DNA of 64,000 nucleotides from the NCBI GenBank assembly GCA_013239625.1, contig MU053881.1:13630373-13694372 (forward strand), written 5' to 3'. The position numbers and the translations under genes were made by a program. Positions 14,021 to 25,740 of the stretch are shown piece after piece (the stretch's first letter is position 1; the number at the start of each line of letters is the position of its first letter). The stretch comes from Lama guanicoe (lineage: Eukaryota). The notes below the pieces were generated by a model. That model was not told where the DNA came from and did no database searches. It saw only the letters and a program-made list of their open reading frames with translations.

Positions 14021-15284
14021 GGCTTGTTACCGTTCCTGCTGCTGCCGGAGTTCTTTGGTGTCCTGGAGTCATTGTCGTCTGACTGACCTCAGCCAATAAG
14101 TCAAATCCAAATAAAAATCGAAAGTAACAGAATTAGAATTACACGATTCTTCAGACCTTAGAAATGGAGGCAGTGTGTATTTAGTGGTCCTGAGAAATAA
14201 TCCAGGGCTCTTTTTGTTGCCACATTTTTGCTGGATTTTTAGGGGGAAAAAAAATCTAAAGAGGAAAAGAAAATCCGCTCGACTTCTTTTTCTTCAATAT
14301 CTCTGACTCATCACATTCCTGTAATCAGTGGGTCTCCTTTGCTACCAGTTTGATAGATCCCTAGTTGTCCCCACGTCCGTTGATTTCAGTCTAATGAGAG
14401 CTCAAGGTGGCAGAACTGAAACCGAGGATGTGAAGGGGCTGCGGTGGAAAAGATGAGTGGTCAGAGACTGCAGGGCTTCCGGGCAGAGAGGACACCACCC
14501 ACACTCCCATTCAAGATGCAGATTTTGTATTGCAGGCTCGAAGAATGAGTACAGTGGTGCCATCGAAGTGGGTCTTGTCTGCCAAGAGAAGTAGCGTTGA
14601 AACCCACTGAGGACACACTGTTCGTTGGTTTGTCAGTGTCTCTGTGCACAGCATGTTCAGAAGTAACAGTTGCACACTCCTGATTTCACTAGCAGTGAAC
14701 TCTCAGGGTCGTAAGAATACTGGCAGCGTGGAAAGAGGCAGATCTTTTATTTTGTTTTATTTTTAAGAAAAATTTTTCCTAGTGGATGATGAAAACTGAT
14801 GGTATCATATATTTGCTTCTGTGTCTGGGTATATAGTCCCATTCATAGGTATAAATATGCACATATATCCATTTATAGATATGTATTTATATGTGGATAC
14901 ATGTTTTATATATGAATAGAGGCAATATTTTTTCTGTTTGTTGAATATTAAAAAATGAAGAAAGCAGAAGGGACCCCATTAAATCAAACTTGAAACAATA
15001 CCAGTTGTCCTCAGCATGAGTTTAAAGATAAAGTTTTCTCTAATCACATTTTGTGTGTCGTTTGCACCACCCTGATTTCATGGAATTAGTGAATTTTCTT
15101 GGCAGCTTTTGCTGGCAACTTGTTTGTTAGCAAATAAGCGAAATAGAGAGCTAGACCAGATAGTCTTTGTAATGAGTTCACTTGTGGTAGAGTTTTATTT
15201 ACAATGAGATGTGTTCAAAGCAAATATAAATGAACACTTGTTTAATTGAGACTGTTGTAGTAGTGGTCTTAGTAACAGGAGTAA

Positions 15285-15450
15285 AATTTATTGGGTACTT
15301 TCTGTATGTCAAGCCCTGAATTATTTATATTAAGCAGTCCTGTGAAGCAGGCCATTATTACTGCATTTTATGAGGAAACTCAGGCTCTGGGAAAGTAGGT
15401 AACTTTCAAATGAGTTTCCAGGCTCGGTATTGAATTCAAAGCCCCAAGAT
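15285..15450 (-). mobile_element. MIR SINE
   Basis: atttattgggtactttctgtatgtcaag...atgaggaaactcaggct. Confidence 0.6.
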
Positions 15451-17449
15451 CTCGGTCACCTTCCCAGAGATTAAGAGAACTCAGTCTTTGTCCAGGTAGA
15501 TGGACTCAAAAGACCCTGAAAATATTGATGGAAGGAGGAGAACGGAGAGTCTGAATTTCCAAGGCTCTTGAGAGAAACCTCCAAGAGTCATTCATCTCCC
15601 TCCTGGAGAGATTCTCAGAGGCATCACTCCTAAACAGACGAGAACTGCTCTCTCTCGGTCCTGAGCAGGACTCCGCAGAAGGGAGCCGGGCGCTGTTCTC
15701 GGCCAGCTAGTAGCTGTTCCCATGCGTACAGGACCGAGCGTGTGTTCCTCAGATCTGATTTACCATCGTCCCTCCTCCTTCCGTCTTTTATTCTTGAATG
15801 GGTTTCTGCTTTGCAGCTGTTTAGATGCAGAAAGTTATTTTTTGTTCCGCTTTTCTGAACACCGGCGTTCAAGGAAAAGCAGTATGCACAAAGTGTGTGA
15901 TTTGCAGTAAGGGGACTTTGGAATTCTCTTCTGTCTCACAGTTGTACGTAGCATATTGTGGAGTTTCACAAGGGTTACAGACTAGGGGAAAGCAACCACT
16001 GTAGGATTAGATGAAGTCTCGACTTAGTTAGGCAGAGATGTAAGACCTGAGTGAGGGAGGCCACTGAGGCGCCCAGAGACTCTGAAGGTCACGTGCTAAG
16101 TCTCTCTGCCCGCAGGCTATCCTGCGGCATCGAAGAAGGTCAGTTCCTCCTTGATAATCCAGGGAGTGGTTCCCCAAGTAACCTGTTCAGTTTGATGTCC
16201 AGGATTTATAAATATTTTCTCATTGAGCTTTTTGACTCTAACTCTAGCATCAATATGCTCACGCTGGAAGGGGAAACAGAGAGCACACTGAGCCGTTGGC
16301 CACGCCTGACTCTCAGACCACTGGGAAAGTACCTTTGTCTGCCAGACTATCACAGAAGATCCCAGAGTACACTGAAGAAAATCTGTATTTATATTCTGGA
16401 ACAAGAGAAAAATATTTATTTCATAGGGATTTATCTCAGTCTTGTTTTCCATGGGCAGAAAAAAAAAAGCAAAAAAAAAAAATTACACAGCCTCTGGAAA
16501 TCACCTCCAAGTTATGTTTGGTGAAAGACTTTTGTCAAAGTTTAATTCCTTGATTTGCTAAATGGCTGGTAAGGTAGGATTTCTAGCTCATTCTTACCTC
16601 TCTATCCTGGAGGTCACAAATAAAGCAAGCCAAACCACTGTCATAGGTTAATGAGCCAAATCACAGTCACCACATTATGAAATGCTCAAGCTATTTTACT
16701 TCTGAGAAGTAGCTCATTATCTGCGCTCTTATGGGTGGAATAAAAGGCAACAAAATGCCGAATGGACATAAATCCTTGGAGGAAGGTTCTAATTCTGTGT
16801 TGCATTGTCTCCCCTAGCCGTGATAGAGGAAGTAATTAGGACTTTATATTTTAACAGCTGTAGCAGGCTAAGGGAAGCCACTGAAAAGACCAGAATAAAG
16901 ACCTCAGCTTCTTCTGGCTTGTTTGGAGCCTGGGTTTGGGACCTGACTGCCTTGTTGCAAGGCCTTCCTCTGTTGCTAACTCTCTTTACTCTGTCTTTCT
17001 GAGCTTCGATTCCCTCATCAGGAGGATAGGGCTTTATAGTGCCCACCTTACAGAATTAACTGGGGGGATTAAGTGGACAAACACTTGTCAAGCATTTCGT
17101 AAAGTGCTTGGTACATGTTGCATTGTTTGCAAGGATGAGCTGCTGTTATTAACATTGATACATGTATCTCACTTCCGCCTCTTCTGCTGTTCCCCATCGT
17201 AATCAGTGTGAGGTGATACTTGGCAAGAGGAAATATTGGTAGTCAATCCTCATTACGAACTGACACTGTGCCAGGTGCTGGGGATACACAAAGACAAATG
17301 AGACATTCAAAACTTGAGACTCAAAACTTCGGGGTTTGTGGGAGAAGAAGATATATAGTAGATGAAAGATGTAGGATAGGATGGTGGGTAAGAGCCAAGT
17401 TCTGGAGTTTGTTTTTATAGGTTTTGTGGCTTTTTAAAAAGTTAACTAA

Positions 17450-17567
17450 GGGAGGAGGGTATAGCTCAAGTGGTAGAGTGCATGCTTAGTGTGCACAAGG
17501 TCCTGGGTGCAATTCCCAGTGACTCCTCTACAAATAAATAAATAAACCTAATTACCTCCCCCCAAAA
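17450..17567 (+). mobile_element. tRNA-derived SINE (Vic-1-like) nested in a MIR remnant
   Basis: ggagggtatagctcaagtggtagagtgcatgcttag...ggtcctgggt; same family as the 6500 copy. Degenerate TSD aaaagttaactaa (17437-17449) / aaaagttatccaa (17564-17576). Confidence 0.88.
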
Positions 17568-17729
17568 GTTATCCAATACCTCTAAACTGATAATACAAAT
17601 ATCATTTAGCTTACAGGAATATGGTCAAAATTAAATAATATAGTGCTTGTAAAGTAGCTGGCACACAGTAAGTGCCCAATAATTCTTGTTGCAGTCACTA
17701 CCGTAGTTACCGAGATACTCATAATAGTC

Positions 17730-17950
17730 AGAATTAACTGGGTACGTGCTGTGCACTGTGCACACGTGGTTTCTTTTAATCCTCAAATTATACAATCTGG
17801 TAGATACTGATATCCTTCCGTTTTTTAAGAAGAGGAACCTGAGGCTTGGACAAATTTAGTAACCTATTCAAAGTGAAACAGCTGTTAAGTGTCAAAGCTG
17901 GGAATGGAATTCAGACGTTGAACTCCAAAGCCCACGCCCTTAGTGTTTTA
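17730..17950 (-). mobile_element. MIR SINE
   Basis: ttaatcctca...gaggaacctgaggctt...gtcaaagctgggaatggaattcag...actccaaagccc. Confidence 0.65.
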
Positions 17951-20305
17951 ATGGGTTTAATGCAGTGAAATGACCCAGTGCTTGGGCTGGGAGGTGGCAG
18001 AGCAGACGTGGACACACTCAGTCTTCATTGGACTAATAGCTGAATGCGGTTATTCATTTTGACTCCCTGATGTTAGAATGTCTGTGTCATGTTCCAAAAG
18101 GAAGCTTGGGAAAACATGAGTAGCTCTAACTTATGTTTAATGAAACAAAGCCATTGTAGTGAAGTGAACTGCTGAAACATTTGTTTCATTTACTCCTTCT
18201 CTCCATCCAGCCCACTACTGAGCGGGCACCTCTGTTTGCTCCAGGTGGAGGGTGGAGGTGCAGGAGGGAGTAAGCCAGACCAGCTTGTGCTTAGTGAAGG
18301 AAACACTTTGATGATTTCCATAGTGTGAATACTCCATCATGCCTGACTTCAGACTAACATTGTTAAAAGTAGAGCTACCATCAAAAAAGATATTTAAGGA
18401 TCAATATGAGGGCTGCAAATTGTGATGAATTCTATGAAGAAAATTAAGCAGAAGGAAGGGTCTGATGACAAGGAGCTAGAAGAGAGAGAGATGGGGTCCT
18501 GTTTTAGGCGGTGACATCTGAGCTGAGATGCTATTTGTGACGGCTGATAGCAGCTGAGCATTCCAGTTGGAAAGTACAGACGCAAAATGGTCCTAAGGGC
18601 AGAACAAACTCACGTACTCACAGGAAGAAACTTTACACCGCTTTATCCAAAACTTTCTGTTTCCCCTGTTTTACGTTACTACACTTCATGTTCTTTAAAA
18701 CTAAATGCATTTTTCACTTGTTTACCATTCTTGTCGGCCTCACTCCACTCATGGATCAGCTGCACGAAGCGGCCTCTGTTTAATTCCTCGCTGTATCCCG
18801 GCATCTCGATGTGCTCGTCTAAAGGATGAATGAAGAAAATATTTGTTGAATAGAATGTGTGTGTAAATGAATTAGTACCTGTGCTTTCTCCGCAGTATCT
18901 CCTATTTGATCAGTCCAACTGCCTGACTTTTATCAGCTGAATGGGATCTCAGGTCTCGTCAGGGTTTATCCCCTCAGACTGACTTAACACTCCGTCTCAA
19001 TGCAGGCTCTCATGCAAAATCATATCTCACGTTATTAGACATTGAATTTGCATGTGGAGGGACATTAAAAGTTTGAAAGAGAAGCACAAGATCAAATCAG
19101 TAGCATTTAAGCCCAGCTATCAAAGATGATTATGTGTTGATGAGGTGAGAAAAAAATCTGATTGTCCTACCTACATACTGTGTGCAATTCTGTTTTAGTG
19201 AGGGGACCTACCTCAGCAGTGAGACCCGCGTGGGCTGGTGCCAGTCTCAACAGCTGATAAGAAGAAGGCGTTTTGAAAACAAAAACAGAATCAACAATTG
19301 TCATGAATTCAGTTTCCCAGGTTGTGACTTACATACAACTATGAGTTGGCAGTGTAGACGTTTCCATTGGCACATGGTGTTTTCTTCTGTTCCCTCGCCA
19401 TTTTCAATCAGTGTAGTATTTTAAAAGATACACGGAGATGGGACGGTAGAGAGAATTGTATCAAGGTGGAATTTAGGTGACCCATATTAACCTTCTATCA
19501 CAGGATGAATCAATGAGAAAACACTTACTAATGAGAGCTAGCTCTTTTTAGACACACGGCTCAGAAAATTCATTACCGTTGAGTTCAAGAGGGGCGTTCT
19601 ATCCATGGTAACCAAATACCGTACGACTAGAAATGTTTATAGATTCTCATTGATTGTAGAGCAGAGATAATCATATTCTTTGCTTAGCAGAGAGAATGTC
19701 TCTATGTTATTTGGACTGTCTCATCTGTCCTTCAAAATGTGTGTGTGTGAGTGTGTGCGTGTATGCACATAGGCGTGCACATGTGTTTTCTGTGTTTGTG
19801 TGATAGAAGGCAGGGCCAGCAGTGGGAAGTTTGATTACTGCATGGGGAAAAGAAGCACTTACGTTTGCTCAAAACAATATTTTTATCCCGAATCATAAAT
19901 ATTCTAGCCCATTTGCCTGGAGTCATGGGTTGATTTTTCTTTTGGGAAGTGAGATATGAGAAACACAGTGATGAATCTTACATCCGTGTAAAGTATGCTC
20001 ATAGAGTGATAGTGAGGAACACTGCCCCGCCCCCCCACTGGCTCTTGCTTAGCTCATTTAGTATTCATTTGAATTGTGTATTTCACTGCTACACTAATGT
20101 TACTCAATAAGGATTAATTCATGAAGCTTTGTTAAGTTACTCAAACTCTACACAGTCCATCATCACCCCCTGATAAGGAGATGAGACAAACCATAGATCT
20201 GGTCCTTGTCTGATGGTTAGTGGAGTTACTCTCAAGGAGGAAACATCTGTGTTCACTGCTTGGGTGGCCAGGGGCCCGGCAGGGATATGCATTGAAAGAA
20301 CAGAG

Positions 20306-21065
20306 TGGGAGAAAGGGGAACCCTCCTCCACTGCTGGTGGGAATGCAGTTTGGTACAGCCACTGTGGAAAACAGTATGGAGATTCCTCAAAAGACTAGGC
20401 ATAGACTTACCATATGATCCAGGAATCCGGCTCCTGGGCTTATATCCAGAAGGAACCCTACTTCAGGATGACACCTGTACCCCAATGTTCATAGCAGCAC
20501 AGTTTACAATAGCCAAGACATGGAAACAGCCTAAATGTTCATCAACAGGTGACTGGATAAAGAACATGTGGTATATTTATACAATGGAATATTACTCAGC
20601 CATAAAAACTGACAACATAACAGCATTTGCAGCAACATGGATGCTCCTGGAGAATGTCATTCTAAGTGAAGTAAGCCAAAAAGAGAAAGAAAAATACCAT
20701 ATGAGATCGCTCATATGTGGAATCTAAACAAACAAACAAACAAACAAAGCATAAATACAGAACAGAAATAGACTCACAGACATAGAATACAAACTTGTGG
20801 TTGCCAAGGGGGAGAGGGAAGGGACAGACTGAGATTTCAAAATTTGTAGATACTGACAGGCATATGCAGAACAGATAAACAAGATTATACTGCATAGCAC
20901 AGGGAAATATATACAAGATCTTATGGTAGCTCACAGAGAAAGGAATGTGACAATGAATATATATATGTTCATATATAACTGAAAAATTGTGCTCTACACT
21001 GGAATTTGACACAACATTGTGAAATGATTATAAATCAATAAAAAATGTTAAAAAAGAGAAAGAAA
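20306..21065 (+). mobile_element. Young 5'-truncated L1 with an uninterrupted ORF2 C-terminus and 12-bp TSD
   Basis: ORF 20305-20727 ([25 protein letters not shown]...[14 protein letters not shown]...ILSEVSQKEKEKYHMRSLICGI) is the L1 ORF2p C-terminus. It is followed by 3' UTR, AATAAA and an A-rich tail. TSD gaaagaacagag at 20294-20305 and 21066-21077. Confidence 0.96.
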
Positions 21066-22549
21066 GAAAGAACAGAGGGGGAAATCAACACAGGAGTGAA
21101 AATGAACCTCTCCTAAACCCCAGGCATTATATAAACAGTGTTCTCCTCTCAGAGACCTAGTTCCAAGTCATATGGATTATCAGACGTTCCAATTTGGAGA
21201 AACTTAAGATTCTGAAATCACCTAAGAGGCTGAGTTTACTCTGTGTCACTGGATAGGTTTTAGCTTTAGTGTTTGTTTGATTGCAAAAAAAAAATCTCAG
21301 ACATCTTAGAGAAGGAAGAGTCTGTATTCCTGTGTAACTTTTCCTTTTTTTGTGATTTTTGTTCTTTTCTATTGATCCTCTGGGGTTTTTGTTGTTGTTT
21401 TCTATCATGAGTGGAATGCTTGGCTCCATTTCATCTTTTGTAGTATTTTTAAGTTGTGTAAAACCAAATTACTATCATTCAGGGACACTCTTCTTTAATT
21501 TCAAAGAGCTGTTTTGTCCTTGCAAGTGTTCAGCATCTGTAGGCATGGACAGGAGAGAGGAAAGCAATCTGTTGAGCCTCGTCTACAATAGGTCATGACT
21601 GTGGCTGCTGACCCCTAGGTTTGGGTGGACCGTGGGAGGAAGGGCAGGGGAGGGTTTGATTCTCTATTCCAGGTGCCGTCAGCTGCTGCAGACACAGTTT
21701 TGTTCAGGAGAATGTCAGGGTAAGGGCTTACCCACATAGATAGCATTCACAGCAGACCAGATACCGAACATGAACCTATTCCTGATATGAGCCGTGACCC
21801 TTCCGTGCTTTGAAATGTGGTTTCCAATTTCTCGTTTATTTTCCCCACTGCCCTGTGATCAAGAGAGCTGACTGAATCAGGAGGGATTTGGGGACACCAA
21901 ACTTTCTGACTTCTCTGGATGGCACCATCTGCGTGAACAGATGGTGAAACATGTCACGGGGCTAGAGGGGGACTCCAAGATCCAAGAGAAAAATGAGAGA
22001 GAGAGAGAGATGAAAAGGGAAGGCAACGGCAGGGTAGAAAAGATGCGTGTCAGTGGCTGGGGATTCTTCGTGATCTGACTCAGGTAGTGGTCACTGAGTG
22101 GCTGCCACCTGTGGTGGAATCCAGAGATGCCCAGAACAGTGATGCCCTGCGTGTGGTGTGGGCAGATTGCTCAGCCCTGGGAGTGGGCACACACCTCCTT
22201 CTCTCTGTCTGTTCTGATAGGGAGAGACTTCTGGGATTAGTTAAAATTCCCCGTGGGGGATAGCATGGTTTCCTTTCCATTCAGCTTTCCATGTGGTCGT
22301 TGACTGCCAAATATGGCTGCATCATGTGTTCTTGTAGTAGAAGATTCTACACAAGACTGGATGCGTCATTGTAAATACACAGCACATACTTTTGCTCATG
22401 GTATTTTATTTATTTGCACATTTCTTTATTTTTTCCTTTCACCCATTTCCTCGCTCAATCATTCGTTTTAATTCACATTTATAGTAAAGTAGCATGACTA
22501 TAACTATAAAATATATTTTTATATTATTTAGTTATAGTAGTATAAAATA

Positions 22550-22745
22550 TATTTATTAAGTAAGTCTAGCAGTGCCAGGCACACTATTCTAAATGCTTTT
22601 CATGCTTTAACTCCAAGAAGTATGTATTTTTACACAAGAGAAAAGTGGACCTCAGAAAAGTTGAGTAATGTCCCTAAAATCAAACAGCTGGTAATTGCAA
22701 GGCTGAATATTGATCCAAGTCTACTTGACTCCTGAAATTACTCTG
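22550..22745 (-). mobile_element. MIR SINE
   Basis: atttattaag...gtgccaggcacactattctaaatgcttt...ctcagaaaagttgagtaatgtccc. Confidence 0.6.
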
Positions 22746-23075
22746 TATTGTCCTTTTTTTAACTTTTCTATAGACACATGACATTTTAATTGACAGAATA
22801 TCTGTCCTCATATTTGATGCTACGTAAGTGTGAATGACTTCTTACCTATAGTTCCTACATTACAGAAAAATAAAATCCCATAAGTTTCCATTTAATCCAC
22901 ATATCTCATAAATAAGAAATTGTGCTCTTAATTATTCTATTTAGAACATCACTGTCCCATATCTGCTGGATCTATAAGCCACACAGGCTGCCAGGTTTGA
23001 CAACATGATTATTACTGTTGCGAAGTTGTGTTTTTGTAAAATGATGAGACACTGGAGGTTTAAAAAATGTTGGAG

Positions 23076-23135
23076 TCTGCTGACTTTTGGGTGTTTTTGA
23101 TCTTCTTTTTCTAATTCTTTTAGCTGGTGAGTCAT
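23076..23135 (-). mobile_element. Isolated ~60-nt internal L1 ORF2 fragment
   Basis: Minus strand reads THQLKELEKEDQKHPKVSR, matching the L1 ORF2p segment downstream of the endonuclease domain (human-type QLKELEKQEQTHSKASR). Confidence 0.7.
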
Positions 23136-24111
23136 TCTGCCCACCATCTTCCATGGACTTATTCAAGAAATGTCATTTTTGACTTTCTCTTCCCTCCCTC
23201 CCTTCCTTTCTTTTAATGAGAGTAAGAGTTTGTTTTCTGGATGCCTAAATCATACATGTTAGTCACAGAAAACTTGGGAAATAAAGAATTAAAGAAGCAT
23301 CAAATATTAGAAGAAAAAATACTTGCATAGACATCCCTCATTAATAGATTAGGTAGAGTTCCCTTCTGTATTATTTGAATTTTTTTTCAGAGAAAATTGT
23401 GAGTATATGTCCATTTTATAACTTGCTTTATTCACTTATTATTATGGGATGAATATTCTTTCATTTTTCTGCAGTATGATTTTTAAGGCTACATAATCTG
23501 TCATATTTATGGGTAAGGCTGTATGTTGCCAACCTCTACTTTGGGATATTTTAGGTGGGTTTCAACTTTTTACTATTTTAATGCTCTCATTAACATCTTT
23601 TATGTTGATTTTCCATCTTTGAATTATAATTTTCTGTATTTAGATTTGATCATGCACTCCCCTAATTAAAATTCTCTCCTGATTTGTAGATTTTCCAAAA
23701 TAATTTTGTATAATTTTCATAAGGAAAGTAAAGTGCTATTTTCAAGAAGAGAGAAAAATTCTGTTAAGAGTCACTAGACTTGCTATAGTGGGTTAAAGCG
23801 TATGAACATTTTGAGGCCCTTAATGCACAGTATCTCTGCAGCTGTGCATGTTAATAGTAATAGTAAATTGACTCTGACCCAGGTAGGGAGTGGGGGACAC
23901 GGTTGATGATCAACTGGAAAGGCAACATGGAGAGAACTCTGACGCCTTCACTTCTCCGAAGTCATCTGATTTCACTGGGGCACTGTTGCCTTCTTTGTCA
24001 AGTGGTTGTAATATTTTATCTACCTTCAGGATGCATAGTTGCCTGGGGCCCCTAGTTCTTATCAGATGAAGAAGTGTAAAAAAAAAATGCTTTCCAAGTA
24101 ATTAGATCGAG

Positions 24112-24118
<7 letters not shown>

Positions 24119-24149
<31 letters not shown>
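24119..24149. repeat. (TG)15 microsatellite
   Basis: Perfect TG run seen directly. Confidence 0.95.
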
Positions 24150-24150
<1 letters not shown>

Positions 24151-24169
24151 GGATGTGGGGGAGAGGGGA

Positions 24170-24480
24170 GCAGTCATATGTAAATTGAGACCTGAGGGAA
24201 AACTTAGAGTTCACCAGGTGAAGATTAGGGAGAAGAACAGGGAAGGGGATTCCAGGTAGAGGGAACAGCATGTGCAAGGAAAAGGTAAAGGAAGAAAGAC
24301 AAGAATTTCTGAATAGGTAGAGCAGGGATGGTGAGGTAGTGAGCTGTCAAAAGTGAACTATAAGCTGGAGAGGGAAGAAGGGTCTTTTGTTGGTAACATT
24401 TGGGAATTTGGACTTTATCTTTAGAGCAAAGGAAGTAACTCAGAATTTTAATCAGGGGAGTGCAGATCAAATGTACATTA
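24170..24480 (-). mobile_element. L2 LINE fragment
   Basis: attccaggtagagggaacagcatgtgcaagg...gaatttggactttatc...ttttaatcaggggagtg are typical antisense L2 motifs. Confidence 0.75.
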
Positions 24481-25339
24481 ACTCCTTTTTATGACTCAAG
24501 GAACAATTTAAAATCTTTGAATTTTTAGGAGTTGACTGTAAAGAGCCTTTATCATGGCACTGAAAATCTGAAATATTTATTACAAAGCAGCAGTAGATAA
24601 AATAATGTACATAAATATTTTACAGTATAATATTAAATTTTTCTCAGTTCAAAAGGAAATCTGGGTGTACTTCCTGCCTAAGTCCATAATACTTTTCCCT
24701 AATATTTAGTAAATTCTTGCAATGGGGCTCTTTCCTGTGAAATTTCACATGTCATACAGGAAGAGTTGATTGAAACAGTTCAGTACTATTTTCATCAAAA
24801 TAAATATCAAGCATTTGAAAAGATTTGATGTGTATTTTAAGGAAATCTATAACTTTTTCTCCTTTTTTCATAACGGACTCACGGATAGATTAATGATAAT
24901 TTTATTTAAGCATATAGGAAGATAAATACTGCTTTATAAACATTTTTTCAATAATCTATAAATATACCCATGAAGTATTTCTAGGAACAATTTTAACAAA
25001 GTCAAGAAACGTTTAGTTGATAAATAATCAGAAATTGATGTGAAGTGGGCAATTAGGAAAAATAATAATGAGAAAAATTATTACTGTTTCTTTGTGACCA
25101 GAGGTGACGTTTGTCAGAGAATTACTAGAAACTCCATATAAATTAGTAGAAGTGATTTTTGCTTCAACACCTTGGGTGCTATACGTTTCTCTTTTACATG
25201 CTTACATACCCATGGATGGAGAAACATTTGATAGTTTTTCCCTGAACAAGCTCTTAACATGTGGTACCTGCTATAGCATATGTGTGTGTATTTCTTACTT
25301 TCCAGCTTCTGCTGTGTGTTTTCCTTTTAGATCGCCCCA

Positions 25340-25740
25340 CGGGCATAGAAAAGCGTGCAGGGAGTCCCTGTGAGCACATCTTGCCAGAGCCCTCCACACA
25401 TAACGTCATCCGCCTAAAGTGTAAGCATAAATCCCAGAAGTAGTGTTGAACCCCAAAAGCCAAACACGAAATGGAGCACACTAGGAGTACTCCTTTTATA
25501 TCAAGTTCAGTGGCAAGAAAACTAACCTAAGGTGAGAGAAGGAAGGAAGGTGGTTACCGTGGGGAAGGGTAGTTACTGGAAAGGACGTGAGGACAGCTTC
25601 TGGACACCGGAAATAATCCACACCTTCTGGGTACGTTACTCAAGGATGGCCATCACCGCCCCTCCCGAAATTCATCAAGCTATACACTTATAAACAGAGC
25701 ACTCCTCTGGACAAATATTTCAATAAAACATTTTAAAAGG
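25340..25740 (+). mobile_element. Ancient L1ME-like 3' end
   Basis: ggcaagaaaactaacctaaggtgagagaag...gtggttaccgtgggg...aaattcatcaagctatacactta...tcaataaaa. Confidence 0.65.

Noticed and set aside
16051..16553. Overlapping 85-157 aa ORFs (likewise 32083-32538, 45745-46158, 46719-47099, 61422-61787)
   Set aside because: No recognisable domain, non-ATG starts or low-complexity A-run translations, and no convincing exon structure. Expected by chance in 64 kb.
20305..20727. 140-aa ORF as a host gene
   Set aside because: It is the ORF2p C-terminus of a 5'-truncated L1 with TSDs, with no promoter or true start.
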